A stretch of 43,489 nt of DNA from a virus (taxonomy: Duplodnaviria > Caudoviricetes). The stretch lies in IMG/VR virus record IMGVR_UViG_3300037408_000257, positions 1-43,489 of that record. One strand, given 5' to 3'. A program made the translations under genes and the position numbers. Below, piece by piece: positions 16,790 through 25,066 of the stretch. Position 1 is the first letter of the stretch. Each line of letters opens with the position of its first letter. Below the pieces are notes generated by a model. That model saw nothing but the letters and a program-made list of their open reading frames with translations. It was not told the origin of the DNA and did not search any database.

Positions 16790-19528
16790 TTACCCCATCG
16801 CCCCGAGCAGCATTTCCAGGCCTTCCTCGGACGCCTTGACCTGAATTTTCCGCATGATTTCCCGCCATATCTGCTCCAACGGCTGTTCCAGACCGTCGGC
16901 TTCGATGCGGAACAGGGCGTCGGTTTTGCCCAGGGCTTCGGTCCGTTTGTCCATGTAGCGGATTTGTGCCTCGATCAGTTTTTCCTGCAGATCGAGCGCC
17001 TTTTGCCGGCGCTCTTCCTCGCGGTGAATCATGTCCATGATGTCGAACTTCTCGGAGATCGAATCGGTCCCCTGCAGCTTCCCGAACAGGTTGTTGATCA
17101 GGTCGCCGGTCGAATTGACCGTGTTGTCGATCGAGGAGAACGCCGCCTTGACCTGCTCGGTCTGGGATTCGAGCTCGGCGATATTGAGCTGCACCGTTGC
17201 CTCGATGAACTTGATGCGCTCGTTGCTGGCGAGCTTTTCCATTTCGAGGGCATACTTGGCGGCGGCCTCCTGCGCCTTGTCGGCCTTCTTAGCGGCTTCG
17301 TCCATCGCCTTGCCCTGCTCGTCGACATCTTTCGCGGAGGACGCCGCGGCCGATCCCACCTGCACGAACGTCACCCGGCCCATGTCGTCCATGACCGCCT
17401 TGTAGCCTTGCGCCCGTTCCTCGGCCGTCGCCCACTCGGTGCTGACGGCCTGAGCCGCGCCGGTCATCTTGTCGGTTGCGGCGGCTGTTTCGGTCGCCGA
17501 CATCCCGAGACGCTTCATCGCCTCGGCGATGGGGTCGAGGTCTCCCAGGTCGATCGGCTCGAACTTGCCGGTTTGCTCTGCCGTTTCCACGGCGGTGAAC
17601 CCGATCTTTTCGAGCGCCGCGGCCGAATCCTTCATCTGTTGTTGGGCGTCGGCGTCGCCGATCTCGTCGAACGAGTCGCCGATCTTCTTGAACGCGTCGA
17701 CCGCTTCTCCACCGTTCCGGGCGGCGCTGTCGGCGAAGTCTGTAATGACGGTATCGAGGTTGCCGCTGATCTCGGACAGCCGGTCGTGGAATGCGCCGAG
17801 CGTCATCGCATCGATCACGCCGACGAAGTCCTTCACGAACGTCCCGAGAACGCCCATGATGGAATCGAAGACCGCCTGGAACCCATTGAACAGGCCATCG
17901 GCCACGTCCATCACGTCGTCAACGAAGCCACGGATGTTGGTGCCGGAATCCTGAAACGCGGTCGCCAGCCCGCCGATCGCCAGTCCGAAGTCGGCGATCA
18001 TCTTCATCGAGCCGAGGAACTTGCCGGCCATCACGTTGGCCTCCTCGCCGGCCTCCCCGGATCGATCGGCCAGTGATCCCATCGCCTGGAACAGCGGCTC
18101 GAACTGCTCGGCGATGCCGCGCGTCACATCGATCAGTCCGGTGACGATGTCGACCACTTTTTGCAGCGCCTCGGCCAACCCTTCCGGGGTGTCGAGGTCG
18201 ATGTCTCCGAACAGATCCTTGAAAAGGGTGCCGGCCTCGTCGCCGAGGTCCGAGAACGCCCGGAGCAGCTCGGAGAAGTCGAGCTTTTCGAGTGCGGCCG
18301 GCAGATCCTCAGCGATCCCCGCGAGTGTTTCCGCGGCCGTCGCGCCGAACGACTGCAAGGCATTCAGGATCGGGTCGAACGCGCCGGCATCGATGCCGGT
18401 GCCGATTGACGCAAAGATCTTGCCGATGGCATCGGACACGCCGCCGAACTCATCCAGCAGCGGCTTGCCGAACTTGATGGCGGCGATATCGGCCGCGTTC
18501 GACATCCGCTGGATCGCGACATCGTAGTTTTCCGACATCGCGGTGAAGGCTTTTTCCGTCGTCCCGGTGTTCTCGCCCATCTGCTTCAGGGCATCGGAAA
18601 ACAACCCGGTCTTGTCAGCACCGAGGATCAAGGCGCCCTGCAGCGCCTCGGTCGAGGTGAAGATTTTCGACAGTCCCTCGGTCGTTCCCCCGGTCGCCTC
18701 GTAAATCTTGCGGAGCGCCCCGTCCATGCCGAGCGACTTGAGGGTCGTCGTATCGAGCGAAATGCCCAGGGCGGACGCCGCCTCAGAAGCCGCCTTCGAC
18801 GGCGAGATGAACGTCTCGATCACGCCGCGAATCTTGGTCATCGCCTCGGACGTTGGGACGCCCGCCGCCGTGACGGCCGCGATCGCCGCCGAGAGATCGC
18901 CGAACGGAACTCCGGCGGCGGACGCGATCGGCGTGACTTGGGACAGCGACTGCGCCAGCTCCGGCACCGTCGTCTTGCCGAGATTGACCGCGGTCAGCAG
19001 ATCGTCGGTGTAGTTGGCGGCCTCGCCGGTCGCCGCGCCGTAGGCGTTGAGGGTGCCGGTCAGGACGTTGGTCACCTCGGTCAGATCGGCGCGGCCCGCG
19101 ACTGCGAGCTTTTCCGCTTCCGACACGAACGCGATCGAGTCCTCGTACTTCACGCCGGACGAGATCGCCTCGTAGATGGCGCCGTTGATCGAGTCGATGG
19201 ACTGCGTTGACGTGGCGGCGTAGTTCTCGATTTCGGTCCCGAACTTGCCGACCTGCTCGGACGTGCCGCCAAACAGGGTGCCGATTTCCTTGACCGAGTC
19301 GGTGAACTTCCCTGCCTTGTCGACCGATATCGCGACCATCGCCACGCCGACGGCCGCCAGTGCCGCCTCGGCCTTCAGCAGCGAGTCGGTGAAGTTGGCG
19401 AACGGCTCGGCGAACGCCTCGACGCGCCCCGACAGCCCGGCGAAATCCGAGTCGATATTCTTCAGCGTCCCGCCGAGGTTATCGACCGCGTTGAAGATGA
19501 TCGCAACCGCGAGATTCTGGTCGGCCAT
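16790..19528 (-). CDS. Tail tape measure protein (TP901-like core)
   Basis: 912 aa, Ala-rich and helical; AVNLGKTTVPELAQSL motif; start at MADQNL. Confidence 0.92.
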   Translation of the reverse strand: MADQNLAVAIIFNAVDNLGGTLKNIDSDFAGLSGRVEAFAEPFANFTDSLLKAEAALAAVGVAMVAISVDKAGKFTDSVKEIGTLFGGTSEQVGKFGTEIENYAATSTQSIDSINGAIYEAISSGVKYEDSIAFVSEAEKLAVAGRADLTEVTNVLTGTLNAYGAATGEAANYTDDLLTAVNLGKTTVPELAQSLSQVTPIASAAGVPFGDLSAAIAAVTAAGVPTSEAMTKIRGVIETFISPSKAASEAASALGISLDTTTLKSLGMDGALRKIYEATGGTTEGLSKIFTSTEALQGALILGADKTGLFSDALKQMGENTGTTEKAFTAMSENYDVAIQRMSNAADIAAIKFGKPLLDEFGGVSDAIGKIFASIGTGIDAGAFDPILNALQSFGATAAETLAGIAEDLPAALEKLDFSELLRAFSDLGDEAGTLFKDLFGDIDLDTPEGLAEALQKVVDIVTGLIDVTRGIAEQFEPLFQAMGSLADRSGEAGEEANVMAGKFLGSMKMIADFGLAIGGLATAFQDSGTNIRGFVDDVMDVADGLFNGFQAVFDSIMGVLGTFVKDFVGVIDAMTLGAFHDRLSEISGNLDTVITDFADSAARNGGEAVDAFKKIGDSFDEIGDADAQQQMKDSAAALEKIGFTAVETAEQTGKFEPIDLGDLDPIAEAMKRLGMSATETAAATDKMTGAAQAVSTEWATAEERAQGYKAVMDDMGRVTFVQVGSAAASSAKDVDEQGKAMDEAAKKADKAQEAAAKYALEMEKLASNERIKFIEATVQLNIAELESQTEQVKAAFSSIDNTVNSTGDLINNLFGKLQGTDSISEKFDIMDMIHREEERRQKALDLQEKLIEAQIRYMDKRTEALGKTDALFRIEADGLEQPLEQIWREIMRKIQVKASEEGLEMLLGAMG

Positions 19529-19661
19529 TACGTCACCAGGAAAAAGATTGACACCACGCCAGCGCCAAGGATGGCGCCAAGCGCTAGAAGGCGGGCGATA
19601 GTGCAGGGCCGGCATTCATCGAACAGCCACCAGGCCTTTCTGGTGCTTTTATCGCTATCGC

Positions 19662-19973
19662 TCATGCTTCTCCCTCGAACCACTTGCGCTTGATCGCGCG
19701 CTCGAGCAGAAAGATGCTGCGGCTTCCCATGTGCCCAGCCATACCGGAGATGGCGCCGGTGGCCCAGTCGGACAAATCAAAATGCTGGGCCAGCGAGATC
19801 GCGATGACCCCGGCAAAGCCGGAGTAGGTGAGATCGCCGGCCAGCTCAAACAGGCTGAACGGCCTCCGGCCGGTCCGGACGCCGCCAATGTAATGCGCAA
19901 GCCCGCCCCACAATGCGAACAGCAGGAAGATCCATGTCTCGCGACTTCGACCAAGCTCATCGAACTCGTGCAT
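19662..19973 (-). CDS. LydA-like holin
   Basis: 103 aa with about 3 TM segments; LWGGLAHY...SGFAG...GMAGHMGSR motif. Confidence 0.8.
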   Translation of the reverse strand: MHEFDELGRSRETWIFLLFALWGGLAHYIGGVRTGRRPFSLFELAGDLTYSGFAGVIAISLAQHFDLSDWATGAISGMAGHMGSRSIFLLERAIKRKWFEGEA

Positions 19974-20001
19974 GGCTGTGCAGCGGGTCTCGCGCCAGGG
20001 A

Positions 20002-20301
20002 CTAAGCCGCCGGCGTGTTGGCCGAGATCGCGTCGGCCAGTTCCTGCGTCTGCGCGCCCAGGCGCTCAGACAATGCGACCAGAGCGTCCTTGTCGTCCGA
20101 CGCGATGGCTTCGTCGAGCTTGGTCTTGAGGTCGCCGAGCAGCACGATGGCGGAGTCGCCGACGGATTCGATTTCAGTGACGCGTGCGACGAGGGTATCC
20201 AGTTCAATTGACATACGATTCACCTTTTCTTCAATACGGGTTACCGCGGCAAAGATTCGTTTGTCCATGTCGCCGCCAAACATGGCCGAAATCAGTCCCA
20301 T
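20002..20301 (-). CDS. Coiled-coil hypothetical protein
   Basis: Heptad pattern ending LADAISANTP; AGGA RBS. Confidence 0.65.
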   Translation of the reverse strand: MGLISAMFGGDMDKRIFAAVTRIEEKVNRMSIELDTLVARVTEIESVGDSAIVLLGDLKTKLDEAIASDDKDALVALSERLGAQTQELADAISANTPAA

Positions 20302-20338
20302 CAGTCAGTCCTGCATCGTGTGGGTCGCCCGGAGCACG

Positions 20339-20692
20339 TCATTGCGCTTTCAAACCAAAACCGGTGGGTTCGGCTGGCGGTCCGGGCCGAGTAAAATTTA
20401 CGGTGTTGGAAAAGTCCGATTCCTGGTTACCCCAGACAGCGTCCTTGATGATGTGGGTGGCCTTGATGGCATGGGCTCCGGACGTGATGCTGGCGCCATC
20501 GTAATTGCAGTACGGTCCGGAGCTGCCCGAGGTCACTGCGACTTCGATCTTCGCCCCACTGTCCAGATAGATGCCGCAATGGGTCGGCTTCGGGGTCGAC
20601 GCCGACGGGTACGGATCGGACCGGAAGAACGGAGCGGCCGTCGCTGCGGCGGATAGGCCCAGCAAGATCAGGGCGAGGCAAAGGTTCTTCAT
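20339..20692 (-). CDS. Secreted small Ig/FN3-like protein
   Basis: Signal peptide MKNLCLALILLGLSAAATA, two Cys and an ESDFSN...P.PP motif. Confidence 0.65.
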   Translation of the reverse strand: MKNLCLALILLGLSAAATAAPFFRSDPYPSASTPKPTHCGIYLDSGAKIEVAVTSGSSGPYCNYDGASITSGAHAIKATHIIKDAVWGNQESDFSNTVNFTRPGPPAEPTGFGLKAQ

Positions 20693-20710
20693 TGTTACCA
20701 CCTGTTTTGG

Positions 20711-21154
20711 CTAAAGCCCCAGCGCGGCCCGCTGTTCGCGGCCCCACTCGCGGACGGTTTCCACATGGGTTTTGAACGCGGCGACTTCCTCCGCCTCTCC
20801 GGCCTGCAGCTCGTACAGCCCGGCACCGGCCCCGATCATGATCCGGGCATAAAACAGCTCATCGTCGACGCTGTACCGTGCCCGGATCTGGTCGATCATG
20901 CGCTCGCTGATCAGCCGGCAGTGCGGGCTTGCGGTCTTGATCGCCTCGCGCAGTTCGGGCGTGATGGTCACCGATTCAACGCTCGCCGCGATTTCATCCG
21001 GTTGCTCCGGCAGCGTCACCCCGTCCGGCACCGCGACGTAGGTGTAGCCGTCGTCCAGCGTGCATAGCTCGGTGCAGCCGGAGTCAGGCGGCGTGGCGAG
21101 CGTGTGCGTGGTCCACTGGTCGGTAGCTTTCAGGTAGCGAACAATAGAGCTCAT
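20711..21154 (-). CDS. Hypothetical protein downstream of the DGR RT
   Basis: Start overlaps the RT 3' end; C-terminal IRARYSVDDE...REWGREQRAALGL helical domain. Confidence 0.7.
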   Translation of the reverse strand: MSSIVRYLKATDQWTTHTLATPPDSGCTELCTLDDGYTYVAVPDGVTLPEQPDEIAASVESVTITPELREAIKTASPHCRLISERMIDQIRARYSVDDELFYARIMIGAGAGLYELQAGEAEEVAAFKTHVETVREWGREQRAALGL

Positions 21155-22106
21155 GGTTGCGTTCTCGCGTTGAGGTCAGCAGATGGCGCAGTGAGGCGGT
21201 GCGCTTGGCGTGGCCGAGGCTGGAGACCAGCCCTGCCCGATCGCCCGAGGCGATGGCTCGCTTGGCCACGTAAAGTGCTCGCTTCCGGATAAACCGGCGT
21301 TGTCGCCAGGTGCGGTAGCCGACGAAATTGATGCCCCTGGATACGGGCGCGATGGTGCTCTTCGAGAGCTGCAGCTTCAGGTGCGCATTGAGGAACTCGA
21401 CAATCCGGTCTCGCAGCGCGAAGGCCTGCGCCTGGCTCAAACCGAACAGCACTGAGTCATCCACGTAGCGGCAGTATAGGCGGATGCCCAGGTCACGCTT
21501 GACGAAGTGGTCGAGCGGATTCAGGTAGATCAGCGCGTAAAGCTGGCTGAGTAGGTTCCCGATCGGAATGCCGAGCGGCTCGCCGTGTTCGGCGAACAGC
21601 ATCATCACGTCGACGAAGCGGCGGTCCTTGATTTTCCGCTCGATGAGCTGGCGCAGAATCGACCGGTCGATCGAGTAGAAGAACCGTCGAACATCAAGTT
21701 TAAGGGTGTAGCTTTCCGGGGCGCATTGCCGCAGCGCCCGCTGCGCATAATCCGCCGCCTTGTGGGTTCCGAAACCAGGTCGGCAGGCGTAGGACTGCGC
21801 GATAAAGGTGCGGTCGAATAAGGGGTAGATGACCTGGTAGATGGCATGCTGCACCACGCAGTCGCGGAAGGCCGGCGCATGGATCAGGCGCGGCTTCGGT
21901 TCGCGCACGACAAACTGGTAATACGGTCGTGGCTGATAGCGGCCATCGTGCAATTCGGTCAACAGCGCGTGAATTTGTGACCCGATCCGGCGCTCGAACT
22001 GGAAGCAGGCGCGCTTCTGGCGCTTGGACTTGCGGGCGTCCAGATAGGCCTGGTACAGGCGCTCTTCGGTAAACGCGTGCTCGAACAGGTGTCCTGTCCT
22101 CTTCAT
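21084..22106 (-). CDS. brt: DGR reverse transcriptase
   Basis: 340 aa; MKRTGHLF, EPKPRLIHAPAFRDCVVQHA, LKLDVRRFFYSI, GIPIGNLLSQ, RYVDD and GINFVGY motifs. No maturase or endonuclease domain. Confidence 0.95.
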   Translation of the reverse strand: MKRTGHLFEHAFTEERLYQAYLDARKSKRQKRACFQFERRIGSQIHALLTELHDGRYQPRPYYQFVVREPKPRLIHAPAFRDCVVQHAIYQVIYPLFDRTFIAQSYACRPGFGTHKAADYAQRALRQCAPESYTLKLDVRRFFYSIDRSILRQLIERKIKDRRFVDVMMLFAEHGEPLGIPIGNLLSQLYALIYLNPLDHFVKRDLGIRLYCRYVDDSVLFGLSQAQAFALRDRIVEFLNAHLKLQLSKSTIAPVSRGINFVGYRTWRQRRFIRKRALYVAKRAIASGDRAGLVSSLGHAKRTASLRHLLTSTRERNHELYCSLPESYRPVDHAHARHAA

Positions 22107-22229
22107 AGTGCCACCGCCTGACCGTCGCGCAGCGCTACCAGAAAGGCGGCGAGCAGCAGATTTCGCCCAAGGCAGGAAGGCGTCTCCCTTTGCTCCACTC
22201 CGCCCTGTCGGGCCGTGAGGTATGAAGCG

Positions 22230-22347
22230 AGGTCGGAACGTGCCCCGATGTTGTTGTTCGAGTTCGTCCGGGTGTTGTTCAGGTTCAGCGCCCACACGCC
22301 GGCTATCGTCGTGTTGTTCCAGTTGCCGCCGGAGATCGGGCACAGCA
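22230..22347 (-). ncRNA. DGR template repeat (TR); spacer RNA continues to 22107
   Basis: 118-bp near copy of VR, rich in AAC codons; 30 adenines by hand count. Confidence 0.93.
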
Positions 22348-22349
22348 TG

Positions 22350-22757
22350 TCAGGACGCCTCCCTTAGCTTCTCGGCCTGCATCCATCCGCCGATCATGCG
22401 TCCCGGCTCGTCGACAGTCCGTGACAACGTGAGAAATCGGTGAGCGGCCAGGGCCTTCGAGTCGAAGTCCTGGCCGCGCGATCTCCCATCCTTAAATCCG
22501 AAGTAGCCCAGTTCGTGAGCCAGATTGATCAGCATGCGCAGCTGTTCATGGCGCACGTCGAGATTCGTCAGTGTCGTTTTCTTGTGGTATCGCTTCTGCG
22601 CTTCGACGATGTAACCATAAACGTCATAGGCCGCCTGCCGAATCGCAAGGCAGATCCCGTACTTCTCATGTTTTGGGAAGTGGTTCAGGTACACGTTAAG
22701 CAGGTTGGCAAAGTCCACAAACTTACGATTCAGCTGCGCTTCTGAGTGCAATCCCAT
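22350..22757 (-). CDS. avd: DGR accessory variability determinant (four-helix bundle)
   Basis: 135 aa; HFPKHEKY and E.GRMIGGW motifs; lies between target and TR. Confidence 0.9.
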   Translation of the reverse strand: MGLHSEAQLNRKFVDFANLLNVYLNHFPKHEKYGICLAIRQAAYDVYGYIVEAQKRYHKKTTLTNLDVRHEQLRMLINLAHELGYFGFKDGRSRGQDFDSKALAAHRFLTLSRTVDEPGRMIGGWMQAEKLREAS

Positions 22758-22771
22758 CTTGGCGCTACTTC

Positions 22772-22791
22772 CCTGCCGCTACCGCGGCAGG
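22772..22791 (-). promoter_or_regulatory. DGR target-recognition hairpin/cruciform
   Basis: CCTGCCGC-GGTA-GCGGCAGG: 8-bp GC-rich stem with a GRNA-type loop, 8 nt after the target stop codon. Confidence 0.88.
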
Positions 22792-22799
22792 CCACATGG

Positions 22800-24368
22800 T
22801 TACAGGTAAAGGCCGGACCGTGCCCCGATGTAGGTGCTCGAGCTCGCCCGGGCGCTGCTCAAGTACAGCGCCCACACGCCGGCTCCCGCCGTGGTGTCCC
22901 AGAGGCCGCCGGAGAGCGGGCACAGCAGATCGCGCACATACTGGTAGTAGTAATCCGAGCCGAACAGGCTCGCGCCGCCCGCCACGGCGCCCGGCGCGCA
23001 CAGCGCCAGGCCATCGAGTGTCCAGTTCGCGCCGCTGACGTTGCCGCGAAGCGCCGCTGCGGCACCATTGCCCCAGCGCCGGTCGTACACAGCATTGGCT
23101 GCTACTGTGGTGTTGAGGAATCCGGTGCCGGCGATCTCGTCCATCATTGCGGCCACGCCGGTGGCGCCCCAGTGATCCGTCGCAAGTGACGTTCCGCTAG
23201 TGAAATCACGCATCCGTACCGTCGTTTTCGCCGCGTACCACTTGCCGCGCGTCGCCGTGCCCGCGCTGCTGTAGGCGGTGTATCCGGTGGCGTTGACGCC
23301 GTCCAGGCTGAAGGAGTTCGCGTCGACTACGGTGATGGTGTAAAGCCGCCCATTCAGCTGGGTCATGCCGACGACCGAATCGATCTGGATTACGTCACCC
23401 GTGGTGTAGCCGTGCCCCGTCGCGGTGACCACGCAGGGGTTCGCCTGGGTCGCGCCGCTGATCGTTTTGGCGGATCCGATGCAGGTCATGCCGATGCTGA
23501 CTTCCCACATGTTGCCGCAGAGATCTGCGACGCCACAGTTCTGGCCGTTGTGGGTCGACTTGGCAAAGATGTTTCCGGCGCCCCCGCCATAGCCGGCTGA
23601 TCCGGTCTTGCCGGCGTTGCTGTAACCGTCCGACTGCCACTTGACGACCGTGTCGTCGGTGCTGGCCAGTGCGTTGTTGTCGCAACCGCGCGGCGCGACG
23701 ACGCCGGAGGTCGCCCACCAGGCGCAGTAGGTGTTGCTCACAGAGTTCTGCGCGTGCGCCAGGCTCAGCATTGCCAGGGCAGACCATTGAAAGCGGCTGA
23801 TGCAGGCGAAGGTTGCGCCGCGCGTCTTTGCTGCTGGAATCGCGCCGGCGTAGATGTTGTCGCTGGCACTGAGACCTGTCAGTGAGCCCCACGGATTGTG
23901 GGCACTGTTCGAGCTGAGCGGGTTTCCGTTCTTGATCGAGCTGGCGATCGTGTTGCCGCTGTAACTGTTGGCCGACCACTGGTACTTGTCGACGAAGAAG
24001 CCGGGCTGCTCGGTGCCATCGTAGAACGCGCGATGCAGCGCGAACCCGGCCGCGTTGGCGGCGGTGACGTTTGGAAAGGCGTTGTACGGCAACACCTCGA
24101 TCTGGTTGGTGTTCGACTGGATGCGGTAGAAGAACGCCGGAATCCAGCACATGACTGAACCGTCCTGGTACTGGTAGTTGCCGTAGTTGTCCGACAGCGG
24201 GCTGTCATAGCCCGTCATGGGCGTCATGCCGGCCGGCAGTGATGGGCAGATGCCGACACCGAAGCCGGGGCCGCCCGGGGCGCCGATGTCATTCACCCGC
24301 GCAGCCTGGCCGAAGTGGAATCGCTGCTCGTGCAGCAGGATCTTGGAGCTGGTGTTGTTCGTCGGCAT
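22800..24368 (-). CDS. DGR target protein, CLec/FGE-sulfatase-like fold with inserted FCCH-like domain
   Basis: GFFVDKY, HNGQNCGVADLCGNMWE and C-terminal GG.W.....AGVWAL...IGARS containing VR. Confidence 0.88.
   Translation of the reverse strand: MPTNNTSSKILLHEQRFHFGQAARVNDIGAPGGPGFGVGICPSLPAGMTPMTGYDSPLSDNYGNYQYQDGSVMCWIPAFFYRIQSNTNQIEVLPYNAFPNVTAANAAGFALHRAFYDGTEQPGFFVDKYQWSANSYSGNTIASSIKNGNPLSSNSAHNPWGSLTGLSASDNIYAGAIPAAKTRGATFACISRFQWSALAMLSLAHAQNSVSNTYCAWWATSGVVAPRGCDNNALASTDDTVVKWQSDGYSNAGKTGSAGYGGGAGNIFAKSTHNGQNCGVADLCGNMWEVSIGMTCIGSAKTISGATQANPCVVTATGHGYTTGDVIQIDSVVGMTQLNGRLYTITVVDANSFSLDGVNATGYTAYSSAGTATRGKWYAAKTTVRMRDFTSGTSLATDHWGATGVAAMMDEIAGTGFLNTTVAANAVYDRRWGNGAAAALRGNVSGANWTLDGLALCAPGAVAGGASLFGSDYYYQYVRDLLCPLSGGLWDTTAGAGVWALYLSSARASSSTYIGARSGLYL
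22810..22927 (-). repeat. DGR variable repeat (VR) with IMH at its 3' end
   Basis: 20 mismatches to TR over 118 bp, 17 of them at TR adenines. Confidence 0.93.
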
Positions 24369-24371
24369 GAC

Positions 24372-24857
24372 TTACAGCTCCGTGATCTGCGCGGCGCCAT
24401 TGGCCGCCGACCAGATGCCGTCGATCACGCCCGTGTAGACCCAATCCGTGGGCGATTCGTAGGTGTCGCCCGGACCGAGCTTGGTCGTGTAGCTGGTGGC
24501 CGATGCCGTGGCGCCGAATTTGACGTACAGGTCCGCGGTGGATTCGTTGTAGAGGATGACCCGTCGCCGGTTTTCGTTCGCGGCCAACAGCGAGACGCTG
24601 GCCGCGGAGGCCGCGACGCGTGAGATGGTCGCCGTTGCCGCGGCGCCGGCGGTTTTGGTTGGCACGGCAGCGGCACGCAGCTGCGTGTCGGTCAGCGGGC
24701 CCAAGACCGGCACCGGGTTGCCGCTATCGTTGGCGATCTCGATGTCGGAAATCTGCGCATCGATGGTCGCGCCGATCAGCACTTTTCCGTCGGCATCGAC
24801 TGCGACCGGCACCAGCTGGCCGTTGTGAAGTCCAAGAAGCTGTACGGGGGCGCTCAT
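24372..24857 (-). CDS. Hypothetical beta-rich virion-type protein
   Basis: LLAANENRRRVILYNES..LYVKFG..A motif; 3 nt from the target ATG. Confidence 0.7.
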   Translation of the reverse strand: MSAPVQLLGLHNGQLVPVAVDADGKVLIGATIDAQISDIEIANDSGNPVPVLGPLTDTQLRAAAVPTKTAGAAATATISRVAASAASVSLLAANENRRRVILYNESTADLYVKFGATASATSYTTKLGPGDTYESPTDWVYTGVIDGIWSAANGAAQITEL

Positions 24858-24882
24858 GTGTTCACCGTTAAATCGTTCGCGG

Positions 24883-25066
24883 TTATCGTCCGGATGGTTT
24901 TATCGACTCTGCGTACTTCGCCCAGACCTGCATTTCCAATTCGGTGAGCCGCCCGTACGGAAACCACTCGGGGATCAGTTCAAAGAGCGGCTTTCCGAAT
25001 TTCCAGCCGAGGGCGCACGCGACCCGGACGGCCGGGATTTTCCAGAGTCGCTCGACTCCCCCAAAA
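24883..25066 (-). CDS. gpT-like -1 frameshift extension of the tail chaperone
   Basis: T TTG GGG GAG at 25065-25056; the -1 frame stays open as GVERLWKIPAV...KPSGR*. Confidence 0.7.

Larger units (their letters stand above)
21084..24368 (-). mobile_element. Diversity-generating retroelement (target/VR - hairpin - avd - TR - RT)
   Basis: All components present in BPP-1 order, with adenine-specific TR/VR mismatches. Confidence 0.95.

Noticed and set aside
21084-22343. 419-aa RT with an N-terminal extension; group II intron or retron
   Set aside because: The extension is TR/spacer read in another frame, and MKRTG is the typical DGR RT start. There is no maturase domain or msr/msd, and TR/VR and avd are present.
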